In this document: positions 52,601 through 64,000 of the stretch, piece by piece
How the letters are laid out: each line of letters starts with the position of its first letter
Numbering within the stretch: the stretch's first letter is position 1
NCBI GenBank assembly: GCA_964016885.1
Contig: OZ024741.1
Location: forward strand, 250,356,001 to 250,420,000
DNA: 64,000 bases
Source of the DNA: Eledone cirrhosa
Taxonomy: Eukaryota
Direction of reading: 5' to 3'
Position numbers and translations under genes: made by a program
The notes under the pieces: generated by a model
Seen by the model: the letters and a program-made list of their open reading frames with translations, nothing else
What the model was told of the DNA's origin: nothing
The model's database searches: none

Positions 52601-55600
52601 ATCAGGGGGAGATAATTTGTAAAAAAATCAGGGGGAGATAATTTGTAAAAAAAAAATCAGGGGGAGATAATTTGTAAAAAAAATCAGGGGTAGATAATTT
52701 GTAAAAAAAAATCAGGGGGAGATAATTTGTAAAAAAACATCAGGGGGAGATAATTTGTAAAAAAATCAGGGGGAGATAATTTGTAAAAAAATTAAGGGTA
52801 GATAATTTCTAGCCGTCCAAGGGGAGATAATTTTCAGCCGTCCAAGGAGAGGTAATTTCTAGCCGTCCAAGGGGAGATAATTTCCAGCCGTCCAAGGGGA
52901 GATAATTTTAAAAAAAAAATCAGGCGGAGATAATTTGTAAACAAAAATCAGTGGGAGATAATTTGTAAAAAAAAATCAGGGGGAGATAATTTGTAAAAAA
53001 AAATCAGGGGGAGATAATTTGTAAAAAAAATCAAGGGGAGATAATTTCCAGCCATCCAAGGGGAGGTAATATCTAGCCATCCAAGGGGAGATAATTTCCA
53101 GCCGTCCAAGGGGAGATAATTTCCAGCCGTCCAAGGGGAGATAATATCCAGCAGTCCAAGGAGACATATTTTCCAGCCGTCCAAGGAGAGGTAATTTCTA
53201 GCCGTCCAAGAGGAGATAAGTTCCAGCCTCCAAGGGGAGATAATTTCCAGCCAGCCAAGGGGAGATAATTTGTAAAAAAATCAGGGGGAGATAATTTGTA
53301 AAAAAAAATCAGGGGGAGATAATTTGTAAAAAAAAATCAGGGGGAGATAATTTGTAAAAAAAAATCAGGGGGAGATAATTTGTAAAAAAAAATCAAGCGG
53401 AGATAATTTCCAGCCGTCCAAAGGGAGATAATTTCCAGCCGTCCAAGGAGAGGTAAATTCTAGCCGTCCAAGGAGAGATAATTTCCAGCCGTCCAAGGGG
53501 AGATAATTTCCAGCCGTCCAAGGGGAGATAATTTTTTAAAAAAATCAGGCGCAGATAAGTTGTAAAAAAAAATCAGGGGCATATAATTTGTAAAAAAAAA
53601 TCGGGGAGATAATTTGTAAAAAAAATCAAGGGGAGATAATTTCCAGCCGTCCAAGGGAAGATAATTTCCAGCCCTCCAAGGGGCTATAATTTCCAGCGTC
53701 CAAGGGGAGATAATTTCCAGCCAGCGAAGGGGAGATAATTTTTTTTAAAAATCACTGGGAGATTTGTAAAAAAAATCAGGGGGAGATAATTTGTTATAAA
53801 CTCAAGGGGTGATAATTTCCAGCCGTCCAAAGAGAGATAATTTCTAGCCGTCCAAGGGGAGATAATTTCCAGCCAAGGGGAGATAATTTCCAGCCGTCCA
53901 AGGGGAGATAATTTCCCGCCAGCCAAGGGAAGATAATATTTAAAAAAATCAGGCGGAGATAATTTGTAAAAAAAATCAGGGGGAGATAATTTGTAAAAAA
54001 ATCAGGGGGAGATAATTTGTAAAAAAAAAATCAGGGGGAGATAATTTGTAAAAAAAATCAGGGGTAGATAATTTGTAAAAAAAAATCAGGGGGAGATAAT
54101 TTGTAAAAAAACATCAGGGGGAGATAATTTGTAAAAAAATCAGGGGTAGATAATTTCCAGCCGTCCAAGGGGAGATAATTTTCAGCCGTCCAAGGAGAGG
54201 TAAATTCTAGCCGTCCAAGGAGAGATAATTTCCAGCCAGCCAAGGGGAGATAATTTGTAAAAAAATCAGGGGGAGATAATTTGTAAAAAAAAAATCAGGG
54301 GGAGATAATTTGTAAAAAAAAATCAGGGGGAGATAATTTGTAAAAAAAAATCAGGGGGAGATAATTTGTAAAAAAAAATCAGGGGTAGATAATTTGTAAA
54401 AAAAAATCAGGGGGAGATAATTTGTAAAAAAAAAATCGGGGAGATAATTTGTAAAAAAATCAAGGGGAGATAATTTCCAGCCGTCCAAGGGGAGATAATT
54501 TTCAGCCGTCCAAGGAGAGGTAATTTCTAGCCGTCCAAGGGGAGATAATTTCCAGCCGTCCAAGGGGAGATAATTTTTTAAAAAAAATCAGGCGGAGATA
54601 ATTTGTAAACAAAAATCAGGGGGAGATAATTTGTAAAAAAAAATCAGGGGGAGATAATTTGTAAAAAAAAATCAGGGAGATAATTTGTAAAAAAAATCAA
54701 GGGGAGATAATTTCCAGCCGTCCAAGGGGAGGTAATATCTAGCCATCCAAGGGGAGATAATTTCCAGCCGTCCAAGGGGAGATAATTTCCAGCCGTCCAA
54801 GGGGAGATAATATCCAGCCGTCCAAGGAGACATATTTTCCAGCCGTCCAAGGAGAGGTAATTTCTAGCTGTCCAAGGGGAGATAAGTTCCAGCCTCCAAG
54901 GGGAGATAATTTCCAGCCAGCCAAGGGGAGATAATTTGTAAAAAAATCAGGGGGAGATAATTTGTAAAAAAAAATCAGGGGGAGATAATTTGTAAAAAAA
55001 AATCAGGGGGAGATAATTTGTAAAATAAATCAAGGGGAGATAATTTCCAGCCGTCCAAGGGGAGATAATTTTCAGCCGTCCAAGGAGAGGTAAATTCTAG
55101 CCGTCCAAGGAGAGATAATTTCCAGGCGTCCAAGGGGAGATAATTTCCAGCCAGGCAAGGGGAGATAATTTGTAAAAAAATCAGGGGTAGATAATTTGTA
55201 AAAAAAAATCAGGGGGAGATAATTTGTAAAAAAAAATCAGGGGGAGATAATTTGTAAAAAAAATCAAGGGGAGATAATTTCCAGCCGTCCAAGGGAAGAT
55301 AATTTTCAGCCGTCCAAGGAGAGGTAATTTCTAGCCGTCCAATGGGGAGATAAGTTCCAGCCTCCAAGGGGAGATAATTTCCAGCCAGCCAAGGGGAGAT
55401 AATTTGAAAAAAAATCAGGGGTAGATAATTTGTAAAAAAAAATCAGGGGGAGATAATTTGTAAAAAAAATCAGGGGGAGATAATTTGTAAAAAAAATCAG
55501 GGGTAGATAATTTCCAGCCGTCCAAGGGGAGATAATTTCCATCCTTCCAAGGGGAGATAATTTCCAGCCGTCCAAGGGGAGATAATTTCCCGCCAGCCAA

Positions 55601-58600
55601 GGAGAGATAATATTTAAAAAAATCAGGCGGAGATAATTTGTAAAAAAATCAGGTTGAGATAATTTGTAAAAAAATCAGGGGGAGATAATTTGTAAAAAAA
55701 AAATCAGGGGGAGATAATTTGTAAAAAAAATCAGAGGTAGATAATTTGTAAAAAAAAATCAGGGGAGATAATTTGTAAAAAAAAATCAGGGGGAGATAAT
55801 TTGTAAAAAAAATCAGGGGGAGATAATTTGTAAAAAAATCAAGGGGAGATAATTTCCAGCCGTCCAAGGGGAGATAATTTTCAGCCGTCCAAGGAGAGGT
55901 AAATTCTAGCCGTCCAAGGAGAGATAATTTCCAGCCGTCCAAGGTGAGATAATTTCCAGCCGTCCAAGGGGAGATAATTTTTTTTAAAAAATCAGGCGCA
56001 GATAAGTTGTAAAAAAAAATCAGGGGGAGATAATTTGTAAAAAAAAATCAGGGGGAGATAATTTGTAAAAAAAATCAAGGGGAGATAATTTCCAGCCGTC
56101 CAAGGGAAGATAATTTCCAGCCCTCCAAGGGGCTATAATTTCCAGCGTCCAAGGGGAGATAATTTCCAGCCAGGGTAGGGGAGATAATTTTTTTTAAAAA
56201 ATCACTGGGAGATTTGTAAAAAAGTCAGGGGGAGATAATTTGTAAAAAACTCAAGGGGTGATAATTTCCAGCCGTCCAAAGAGAGATAATTTCTAGCCGT
56301 CCAAGGGGAGATAATTTCCAGCCAAGGGGAGATAATTTCCTGCCTTCCAAGGGGAGATAATTTTTAAAAAAATCAGGTGGAGATAATTTGTAAAAAAAAT
56401 CAGTGGAAGATAATTTGTAAAAAGAAAATCAAGGGCAGATAATTTCCAGCCGTCCAAGGGGAGATAATTTCCCGCCAGCCAAGGGAAGATAATATTTAAA
56501 AAAATCAGGGGGAGATAATTTGTAAAAAAAAATCAGGGGGAGATAATTTGTAAAAAAAATCAAGGGGAGATAATTTCCAGCCGTCCAAGGGGAGATAATT
56601 TTCAACCGTCCAAGGGGAGATAATTTCCCGCCAGCCAAGGTAAGATAATATTTAAAAAAATCAGGCGGAGATAATTTGTAAAAAAAATCAGGGGGAGATA
56701 ATTTGTAAAAAAATCAGGGGGAGATAATTTGTAAAAAAAAAATCAGGGGGAGATAATTTGTAAAAAAAATCAGGGGGAGATAATTTGTAAAAAAAATCAG
56801 GGCTAGATAATTTGTAAAAAAAAATCAGGGGGAGATAATTTGTAAAAAAAATCAGGGGGAGATAATTTGTAAAAAAAATCAGGGGTAGATAATTTCCAGC
56901 CGTCCAAGGGGAGATAATTTCCATCCTTCCAAGGGGAGATAATTTCCAGCCGTCCAAGGGGAGATAATTTCCCGCCAGCCAAGGAGAGATAATATTTAAA
57001 AAAATCAGGCGGAGATAATTTGTAAAAAAAATCAGGGGGAGATAATTTGTAAAAAAATCAGGGGGAGATAATTTGTAAAAAAAAAATCAGGGGGAGATAA
57101 TTTGTAAAAAAAATCAGGGGGAGATAATTTGTAAAAAAAATCAGGGCTAGATAATTTGTAAAAAAAAATCAGGGGGAGATAATTTGTAAAAAAAATCAGG
57201 GGGAGATAATTTGTAAAAAAAATCAGGGGTAGATAATTTCCAGCCGTCCAAGGGGAGATAATTTCCATCCTTCCAAGGGGAGATAATTTCCAGCCGTCCA
57301 AGGGGAGATAATTTCCCGCCAGCCAAGGAGAGATAATATTTAAAAAAATCAGGCGGAGATAATTTGTAAAAAAAATCAGGGGGAGATAATTTGTAAAAAA
57401 ATCAGGGGGAGATAATTTGTAAAAAAAAAATCAGGGGGAGATAATTTGTAAAAAAAATCAGGGGGAGATAATTTGTAAAAAAAAATCAGGGGTAGATAAT
57501 TTGTAAAAAAAAATCAGGGGGAGATAATTTGTAAAAAAAAAATCAGGGGGAGATAATTTCCAGCCGTCCAAGGGGAGGTAATATCTAGCCGTCCAAGGGG
57601 AGATAATTTCCAGCCGTCCAAGGGGAGATAATTTTTTAAAAAAAATCAGGCGGAGATAATTTGTAAACAAAAATCAGGGGGAGATAATTTGTAAAAAAAA
57701 ATCAGGGGGAGATAATTTGTAAAAAAAAATCAGGGAGATAATTTGTAAAAAAAATCAAGGGGAGATAATTTCCAGCCGTCCAAGGGGAGGTAATATCTAG
57801 CCATCCAAGGGGAGATAATTTCCAGCCGTCCAAGGGGAGATAATATCCAGCCGTCCAAGGAGACATATTTTCCAGCCGTCCAAGGAGAGGTAATTTCTAG
57901 CCGTCCAAGGGGAGATAAGTTCCAGCCTCCAAGGGGAGATAATTTCCAGCCAGCCAAGGGGAGATAATTTGTAAAAAAATCAGGGGGAGATAATTTGTAA
58001 AAAAAAATCAGGGGGAGATAATTTGTAAAAAAAAATCAGGGGGAGATAATTTGTAAAAAAAATCAAGGGGAGATAATTTCCAGCCGTCCAAGGGGAGATA
58101 ATTTTCAGCCGTCCAAGGAGAGGTAAATTCTAGCCGTCCAAGGAGAGATAATTTCCAGGCGTCCAAGGGGAGATAATTTCCAGCCAGCCAAGGGGAGATA
58201 ATTTGTAAAAAAATCAGGGGTAGATAATTTGTAAAAAAAAATCAGGGGGAGATAATTTGTAAAAAAAAATCAGGGGGAGATAATTTGTAAAAAAAAATCA
58301 AGGGGAGATAATTTCCAGCCGTCCAAGGGGAGATAATTTTCAGCCGTCCAAGGAGAGGTAAATTCTAGCCGTCCAAGGAGAGATAATTTCCAGGCGTCCA
58401 AGGGGAGATAATTTCCAGCCAGCCAAGGGGAGATAATTTGTAAAAAAATCAGGGGTAGATAATTTGTAAAAAAAAATCAGGGGGAGATAATTTGTAAAAA
58501 AAAATCAGGGGGAGATAATTTGTAAAAAAAATCAAGGGGAGATAATTTCCAGCCGTCCAAGGGGAGATAATTTTCAGCCGTCCAAGGAGAGGTAATTTCT

Positions 58601-61600
58601 AGCCGTCCAAGGGGAGATAAGTTCCAGCCTCCAAGGGGAGATAATTTCCAGCCAGCCAAGGGGAGATAATTTGTAAAAAAATCAGGGGTAGATAATTTGT
58701 AAAAAAAAATCAGGGGGAGATAATTTGTAAAAAAAATCAGGGGGAGATAATTTGTAAAAAAAATCAGGGGTAGATAATTTCCAGCCGTCCAAGGGGAGAT
58801 AATTTCCATCCTTCCAAGGGGAGATAATTTCCAGCCGTCCAAGGGGAGATAATTTCCCGCCAGCCAAGGAGAGATAATATTTAAAAAAATCAGGCGGAGA
58901 TAATTTGTAAAAATATCAGGTTGAGATAATTTGTAAAAAAATCAGGGGGAGATAATTTGTAAAAAAAAAATCAGGGGGAGATAATTTGTAAAAAAAATCA
59001 GGGGGAGATAATTTGTAAAAAAAAATCAGGGGTAGATAATTTGTAAAAAAAAATCAGGGGGAGATAATTTGTAAAAAAAAATCAGGGGGAGATAATTTGT
59101 AAAAAAATCAAGGGTAGATAATTTCTAGCCGTCCAAGGGGAGATAATTTTCAGCCGTCCAAGGAGAGGTAATTTCTAGCCGTCCAAGGGGAGATAATTTC
59201 CAGCCGTCCAAGGGGAGATAATTTTAAAAAAAAAATCAGGCGGAGATAATTTGTAAACAAAAATCAGTGGGAGATAATTTGTAAAAAAAAATCAGGGGGA
59301 GATAATTTGTAAAAAAAAATCAGGGGGAGATAATTTGTAAAAAAAATCAAGGGGAGATAATTTCCAGCCATCCAAGGGGAGGTAATATCTAGCCATCCAA
59401 GGGGAGATAATTTCCAGCCGTCCAAGGGGAGATAATTTCCAGCCGTCCAAGGGGAGATAATATCCAGCAGTCCAAGGAGACATATTTTCCAGCCGTCCAA
59501 GGAGAGGTAATTTCTAGCCGTCCAAGAGGAGATAAGTTCCAGCCTCCAAGGGGAGATAATTTCCAGCCAGCCAAGGGGAGATAATTTGTAAAAAAATCAG
59601 GGGGAGATAATTTGTAAAAAAAAATCAGGGGGAGATAATTTGTAAAAAAAAATCAGGGGGAGATAATTTGTAAAAAAAAATCAGGGGGAGATAATTTGTA
59701 AAAAAAAATCAAGCGGAGATAATTTCCAGCCGTCCAAAGGGAGATAATTTCCAGCCGTCCAAGGAGAGGTAAATTCTAGCCGTCCAAGGAGAGATAATTT
59801 CCAGCCGTCCAAGGGGAGATAATTTCCAGCCGTCCAAGGGGAGATAATTTTTTAAAAAAATCAGGCGCAGATAAGTTGTAAAAAAAAATCAGGGGCATAT
59901 AATTTGTAAAAAAAAATCGGGGAGATAATTTGTAAAAAAAATCAAGGGGAGATAATTTCCAGCCGTCCAAGGGCAGATAATTTCCAGCCCTCCAAGGGGC
60001 TATAATTTCCAGCGTCCAAGGGGAGATAATTTCCAGCCAGCGAAGGGGAGATAATTTTTTTTAAAAATCACTGGGAGATTTGTAAAAAAAATCAGGGGGA
60101 GATAATTTGTAAAAAACTCAAGGGGTGATAATTTCCAGCCGTCCAAAGAGAGATAATTTCTAGCCGTCCAAGGGGAGATAATTTCCAGCCAAGGGGAGAT
60201 AATTTCCAGCCGTCCAAGGGGAGATAATTTCCCGCCAGCCAAGGGAAGATAATATTTAAAAAAATCAGGCGGAGATAATTTGTAAAAAAAATCAGGGGGA
60301 GATAATTTGTAAAAAAATCAGGGGGAGATAATTTGTAAAAAAAAAATCAGGGGGAGATAATTTGTAAAAAAAATCAGGGGTAGATAATTTGTAAAAAAAA
60401 ATCAGGGGGAGATAATTTGTAAAAAAACATCAGGGGGAGATAATTTGTAAAAAAATCAGGGGGAGATAATTTGTAAAAAAATTAAGGGTAGATAATTTCT
60501 AGCCGTCCAAGGGGAGATAATTTTCAGCCGTCCAAGGAGAGGTAATTTCTAGCCGTCCAAGGGGAGATAATTTCCAGCCGTCCAAGGGGAGATAATTTTA
60601 AAAAAAAAATCAGGCGGAGATAATTTGTAAACAAAAATCAGTGGGAGATAATTTGTAAAAAAAAATCAGGGGGAGATAATTTGTAAAAAAAAATCAGGGG
60701 GAGATAATTTGTAAAAAAAATCAAGGGGAGATAATTTCCAGCCATCCAAGGGGAGGTAATATCTAGCCATCCAAGGGGAGATAATTTCCAGCCGTCCAAG
60801 GGGAGATAATTTCCAGCCGTCCAAGGGGAGATAATATCCAGCAGTCCAAGGAGACATATTTTCCAGCCGTCCAAGGAGAGGTAATTTCTAGCCGTCCAAG
60901 AGGAGATAAGTTCCAGCCTCCAAGGGGAGATAATTTCCAGCCAGCCAAGGGGAGATAATTTGTAAAAAAATCAGGGGGAGATAATTTGTAAAAAAAAATC
61001 AGGGGGAGATAATTTGTAAAAAAAAATCAGGGGGAGATAATTTGTAAAAAAAAATCAGGGGGAGATAATTTGTAAAAAAAAATCAAGCGGAGATAATTTC
61101 CAGCCGTCCAAAGGGAGATAATTTCCAGCCGTCCAAGGAGAGGTAAATTCTAGCCGTCCAAGGAGAGATAATTTCCAGCCGTCCAAGGGGAGATAATTTC
61201 CAGCCGTCCAAGGGGAGATAATTTTTTAAAAAAATCAGGCGCAGATAAGTTGTAAAAAAAAATCAGGGGCATATAATTTGTAAAAAAAAATCGGGGAGAT
61301 AATTTGTAAAAAAAATCAAGGGGAGATAATTTCCAGCCGTCCAAGGGAAGATAATTTCCAGCCCTCCAAGGGGCTATAATTTCCAGCGTCCAAGGGGAGA
61401 TAATTTCCAGCCAGCGAAGGGGAGATAATTTTTTTTAAAAATCACTGGGAGATTTGTAAAAAAAATCAGGGGGAGATAATTTGTTATAAACTCAAGGGGT
61501 GATAATTTCCAGCCGTCCAAAGAGAGATAATTTCTAGCCGTCCAAGGGGAGATAATTTCCAGCCAAGGGGAGATAATTTCCAGCCGTCCAAGGGGAGATA

Positions 61601-62039
61601 ATTTCCCGCCAGCCAAGGGAAGATAATATTTAAAAAAATCAGGCGGAGATAATTTGTAAAAAAAATCAGGGGGAGATAATTTGTAAAAAAATCAGGGGGA
61701 GATAATTTGTAAAAAAAAAATCAGGGGGAGATAATTTGTAAAAAAAATCAGGGGTAGATAATTTGTAAAAAAAAATCAGGGGGAGATAATTTGTAAAAAA
61801 ACATCAGGGGGAGATAATTTGTAAAAAAATCAGGGGTAGATAATTTCCAGCCGTCCAAGGGGAGATAATTTTCAGCCGTCCAAGGAGAGGTAAATTCTAG
61901 CCGTCCAAGGAGAGATAATTTCCAGCCAGCCAAGGGGAGATAATTTGTAAAAAAATCAGGGGGAGATAATTTGTAAAAAAAAAATCAGGGGGAGATAATT
62001 TGTAAAAAAAAATCAGGGGGAGATAATTTGTAAAAAAAA
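46653..62039 (+). repeat. 7,690-bp tandem duplication, apparently identical copies (junction near 54,342-54,350)
   Basis: All ORFs pair at exactly 7,690. Private variants CCAGGCAAGG 47461/55151, AATGGGGAGA 47651/55341, TCAGAGGTAG 48041/55731, AAAGTCAGGG 48531/56221, ATTAAGGGTA 52791/60481, TTGTTATAAA 53791/61481. Confidence 0.95.
51395..54140 (+). repeat. 1,374-bp tandem duplication nested in the 7,690-bp unit (second occurrence about 59085-61830)
   Basis: ORF pairs 51574/52948, 52086/53460, 52310/53684. AAGGGTAGATAATTTCTAG at 51420 and 52794. Confidence 0.9.
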
Positions 62040-64000
62040 TCAAGGGGAGATAATTTCCAGCCGTCCAAGGGGAGATAATTTTCAGCCGTCCAAGGAGAGG
62101 TAAATTCTAGCCGTCCAAGGAGAGATAATTTCCAGGCGTCCAAGGGGAGATAATTTCCAGCCGTCCAAGGGGAGATAATTTTTTTAAAAAAATCAGGCGC
62201 AGATAAGTTTTAAAAAAAAATCAGGGGGAGATAATTTGTAAAAAAAATCAGGAGGAGATAATTTGTAAAAAAATCAGGGGGAGATAATTTGTAAAAAAAA
62301 AAAATCAGGGGGAGATAATTTGTAAAAAAAATCAGGGGTAGATAATTTGTAAAAAAAAATCAGGGGGAGATAATTTGTAAAAAAACATCAGGGGGAGATA
62401 ATTTGTAAAAAAAATCAGGGGTAGATAATTTCCAGCCGTCCAAGGGGAGATAATTTTCAGCCGTCCAAGGAGAGGTAAATTCTAGCCGTCCAAGGAGAGA
62501 TAATTTCCAGCCGTCCAAGGGGAGATAATTTCCAGCCGTCCAAGGGGAGATAATTTTTTAAAAAAATCAGGCGCAGATAAGTTGTAAAAAAAATCAGGGT
62601 CAGATAATTTGTAAAAAAAAATCAGGGGGAGATAATTTGTAAAAAAAATCAAGGGGAGATAATTTCCAGCGTCCAAGGGGAGATAATTTCCAGCCAGCGA
62701 AGGGGAGATAATTTTTTTTAAAAAATCACTGGGAGATTTGTAAAAAAAATCAGGGGGAGATAATTTGTAAAAAACTCAAGGGGTGATAATTTCCAGCCGT
62801 CCAAAGAGAGATAATTTCTAGCCGTCCAAGGGGAGATAATTTCCAGCCAAGGGGAGATAATTTCCAGCCTTCCAAGGGGAGATAATCTTTTAAAAAATCA
62901 GGTGGAGATAATTTGTAAAAAAAATCAGTGGAAGATAATTTGTAAAAAGAAAATCAAGGGCAGATAATTTCCAGCCGTCCAAGGGGAGATAATTTCCCGC
63001 CAGCCAAGGGAAGATAATATTTAAAAAAATCAGGCGGAGATAATTTGTAAAAAAAATCAGCGGGAGATAATTTGTAAAAAAATCAGGGGGAGATAATTTG
63101 TAAAAAAAAAATCAGGGGGAGATAATTTGTAAAAAAAATCAGGGGTAGATAATTTGTAAAAAAAAATCAGGGGGAGATAATTTGTAAAAAAAATCAGGGG
63201 GAGATAATTTGTAAAAAAAATCAGGGGTAGATAATTTCCAGCCGTCCAAGGGGAGATAATTTCCATCCTTCCAAGGGGAGATAATTTCCCGCCGTCCAAG
63301 GGGAGATAATTTCCCGCCAGCCAAGGAGAGATAATATTTAAAAAAATCAGGCGGGGATAATTTGTAAAAAAAATCAGGGGGAGATAATTTGTAAAAAAAT
63401 CAGGGGGAGATAATTTGTAAAAAAAAAATCAGGGGGAGATAATTTTAAAAAAAATAAGGGGGAGATAATTTGTAAAAAAAAATCAGGGGTAGATAATTTG
63501 TATAAAAAATCAGGGGGAGATAATTTGTAAAAAAAAAATCAGGGGGAGATAATTTGTAAAAAAATCAAGGGGAGAAAATTTCCAGTCGTCCAAGGGGAGA
63601 TAATTTTCAGCCGTCCAAGGAGAGGTAATTTCTAGCCGTCCAAGGGGAGATAATTTCCAGCCGTCCAAGGGGAGATAATTTTTAAAAAAAAATCAGGCGG
63701 AGATAATTTGTAAACAAAAATCAGGGGGAGATAATTTGTAAAAAAAAATCAGGGGGAGATAATTTGTAAAAAAAATCAAGGGGAGATAATTTCCAGCCGT
63801 CCAAGGGGAGGTAATATCTAGCCATCCAAGGGGAGATAATTTCCAGCCGTCCAAGGGGAGATAATTTCCAGCCGTCCAAGGGCAGATAATATCCAGCCGT
63901 CCAAGGAGACATATTTTCCAGCCGTCCAAGGAGAGGTAATTTCTAGCCGTCCAAGGGGAGATAAGTTCCAGCCTCCAAGGGGAGATAATTTCCAGCCAGC

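Larger units (their letters stand above)
1..64000 (+). repeat. Composite tandem satellite array of alternating blocks of type A (26-29 bp) and type B (25 bp) monomers; runs off both window ends
   Basis: GGGGAGATAATTT, or a variant with a few substitutions, recurs every 21-30 bp from the first to the last base. It is followed by either GT(A)7-10 or CCAGCCGT. No non-repeat segment or inversion was seen. Confidence 0.99.

Noticed and set aside
52-63929. Numerous short minus-strand ORFs (60-121 aa) with KLSPPDFFY, NYLPLIFFT and WKLSPLGRLEIISPWTAG repeats
   Set aside because: These are translations of the satellite. The minus strand of the B consensus has no stop codon and A has TGA in only one frame. 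Nearly all starts are TTG from CCCCTTG. The ORFs overlap in different frames, and 25-bp units and variable A-tracts do not preserve frame. The + strand is closed by TAA in almost every monomer.
1-64000. CRISPR-like pattern of a constant repeat with variable spacers
   Set aside because: The spacers are only 8-12 bp and of two recurring types rather than unique. There is no leader and no cas gene.
1-64000. Phase-variable or frameshifted giant repeat-protein gene controlled by poly-A tracts
   Set aside because: No unique N- or C-terminal region or promoter is visible, frame breaks occur every few monomers, and there is no bias toward multiples of three.
1-64000. Telomerase-synthesised long repeat like the 23-26-bp yeast telomere units
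   Set aside because: Two monomer types with inherited variants and kb-scale nested duplications indicate recombinational amplification, not copying from one RNA template.
1-64000. Plasmid or phage iterons, or prokaryotic origin repeats
   Set aside because: Iteron arrays have a few to tens of copies next to a rep gene. Here there are about 2,400 copies and no gene.
1-64000. Low-complexity sequencing artefact for the entire window
   Set aside because: Consistent, hierarchically shared variants and conserved homopolymer lengths indicate a real array, although individual duplications could still be misassembled.

Overview
The whole 64 kb window is one uninterrupted, single-orientation tandem satellite array of roughly 2,400 monomers. 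I see no genes, RNA genes, transposons or unique sequence. Two related monomers share a 17-bp core, (T/C)CA(G/A)GGGGAGATAATTT. Type A is TCAGGGGGAGATAATTTGT(A)7-10, 26-29 bp and about 30% GC. Type B is CCAAGGGGAGATAATTTCCAGCCGT, 25 bp and about 52% GC. Runs of A and B monomers alternate to form a few fixed modules (e.g. 344 bp = 9A+4B, 234 bp = 4A+5B, a 9-monomer B block, and a diverged ~500-bp cassette). These modules sit inside nested kb-scale tandem duplications with offsets of 1,374, 1,665, ~5,100, 7,690 and ~10,200-10,300 bp, read from identical ORF-track translations and private sequence variants. All listed ORFs are artefacts of the repeat. The organism cannot be identified from this sequence. 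A eukaryotic heterochromatic, centromeric or subtelomeric satellite is the most likely context, but that is inference. I find no protein-coding system; what is notable is the two-state repeat grammar and the readable duplication history. Coordinates and counts were read by eye and are approximate.
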